A stretch of 36,940 nucleotides of DNA from a virus. Lineage: Duplodnaviria > Caudoviricetes. Positions within the stretch are counted from its first letter, which is position 1; each line of letters begins with the position of its first letter. The notes beneath the pieces were generated by a model, which did no database searches, had not been told where the DNA came from, and worked only from the letters and a program-made list of their open reading frames with translations. The position numbers and the translations under genes are program-made. This document shows, piece by piece, positions 36,151 to 36,940 of this stretch. The stretch lies in IMG/VR virus record IMGVR_UViG_3300025658_000004, positions 1 to 36,940 of that record. The stretch is one strand, 5' to 3'.

Positions 36151-36582
36151 ATGTTACAAAAACTAGACACCAACACTATTGAAGCAGTTATAAAAGATGA
36201 TCCTGTGCGTCCTCATATCCCAGCTGAGTGGAGAAACGGCATTGGATCAGAAGTATACGGCTTATGGGATGAAGACTGTACACGCATATGTGCAGTGGTG
36301 TGTGTACACTACATGGACACAGTTCCCACAAGCGAACTAGAGATGCTACACGCAACAGGTGACAGTGTTGCCGTATTCTACACAGTATGGAGCTATGCTA
36401 AAGGCTCAGGTAGAGAGATTATCTTTAGTACTGCGGATCATATCAAACAAACTCGTCCTACAGTCAAACGATACGTAACACTAAGCCCTCTTACTGATAT
36501 GGCAGAACGATTCCATCTACGCAACGGCGCGACATTGATCGGACGTTACGACACAGCGCAGAACTTCGAGTACCACGTATAA
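36151..36582 (+). CDS. GNAT-fold protein resembling a minimal malonyl-CoA decarboxylase catalytic domain
   Basis: AVFYTV, G.G..II, YVTLSP and FHLRNGA; GGAG RBS. Confidence 0.6.
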   Translation: MLQKLDTNTIEAVIKDDPVRPHIPAEWRNGIGSEVYGLWDEDCTRICAVVCVHYMDTVPTSELEMLHATGDSVAVFYTVWSYAKGSGREIIFSTADHIKQTRPTVKRYVTLSPLTDMAERFHLRNGATLIGRYDTAQNFEYHV

Positions 36583-36798
36583 GCCGAACAAGCCGTGTAA
36601 CGGCCTGCGCATATGCCAACAAGCACGAAGTGTTTGCTGCAAAAATTTTTTCATACTTAAATACACACTTAACTAGCATTCCAGTACACTGCTACAACTA
36701 TCACGCATAATAAAAAAAAGAGTTCAACCTTAACGACAGACATATTCCGCCTAGGCGTTTTATATGGTTTTTAAAGGTTTTTAAAAAGATGGTTCTTT
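36583..36798. other. structured non-coding region between convergent genes
   Basis: Two GNA-triloop hairpins, TAAATA with no downstream ORF, an A8 tract, the palindrome CGCCTAGGCG and tandem GGTTTTTAAA x2. Confidence 0.55.
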
Positions 36799-36939
36799 TT
36801 AGAGTAATTCAAAGTCCACAGAGTGCAGTTTCATAGTAGCTAGTGTACGATGCGCAACACAGTCAAACTCTAGTACACTCGACGAACTTTGATATGACTC
36901 TATTCTATGCTGTGTATACAGTTCTAAGCTGAGTGCGGC
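36799..36939 (-). CDS. 3' end of a hypothetical gene running off the window
   Basis: Open minus-strand frame ...AALSLELYTQHRIESYQ...HSVDFELL*. Confidence 0.45.
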   Translation of the reverse strand, partial: AALSLELYTQHRIESYQSSSSVLEFDCVAHRTLATMKLHSVDFELL

Positions 36940-36940
36940 T

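Noticed and set aside
58-36679. Many short antisense or alternate-frame ORFs in the track (e.g. 607-936, 13941-14297, 24263-24673, 33314-33712, 34006-34398)
   Set aside because: They lie within well-supported genes and have no motifs or RBS; treated as shadow ORFs.
1-36940. CRISPR array, tRNA/rRNA genes, introns or inteins, stop-codon reassignment
   Set aside because: No regularly spaced repeats or cloverleafs were noticed by eye. Terminase, UvsX, UvsW, primase and helicase are of ordinary length and uninterrupted in the standard code.

Overview
A 37-kb, AT-rich, densely coding piece of a large T4-related (Tevenvirinae-like, myovirus-type) dsDNA phage genome. It is probably aquatic and infects a Gram-negative host (inference). 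From left to right it holds: (1) the 3' part of a subtilisin/Calx-beta/LamG-like protein; (2) a head-packaging block with gp4-like head completion nuclease, small terminase, acidic putative internal head proteins, a MetF/MTHFR-like gene and large terminase; (3) gp32 SSB, UvsX and UvsY; (4) a ~10-kb glycan-modification island with six KpsS/KpsC-like transferase paralogs, two GT-A glycosyltransferases, two methyltransferases, a cytidylyltransferase-cupin fusion and an odd multi-domain protein; (5) UvsW helicase, 2OG-Fe(II) oxygenases, a cupin, kdsA-kdsB, a gp62-like clamp-loader subunit, peptide deformylase and a 190-aa miniature DnaE-type polymerase core; (6) primase, a NodU-type carbamoyltransferase, gp41 helicase, a miniature malonyl-CoA-decarboxylase-like GNAT protein and a structured non-coding stretch. 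The best candidates for undescribed biology are the phage-encoded CMP-Kdo supply plus multi-transferase glycosylation system, the split/miniature C-family polymerase, the mini-MCD protein, the MetF-like gene coupled to the terminase, and a repeated TAAATA-N4/5-ATG leaderless late-promoter design. All protein calls come from motifs recognised by eye; no database searches were run.
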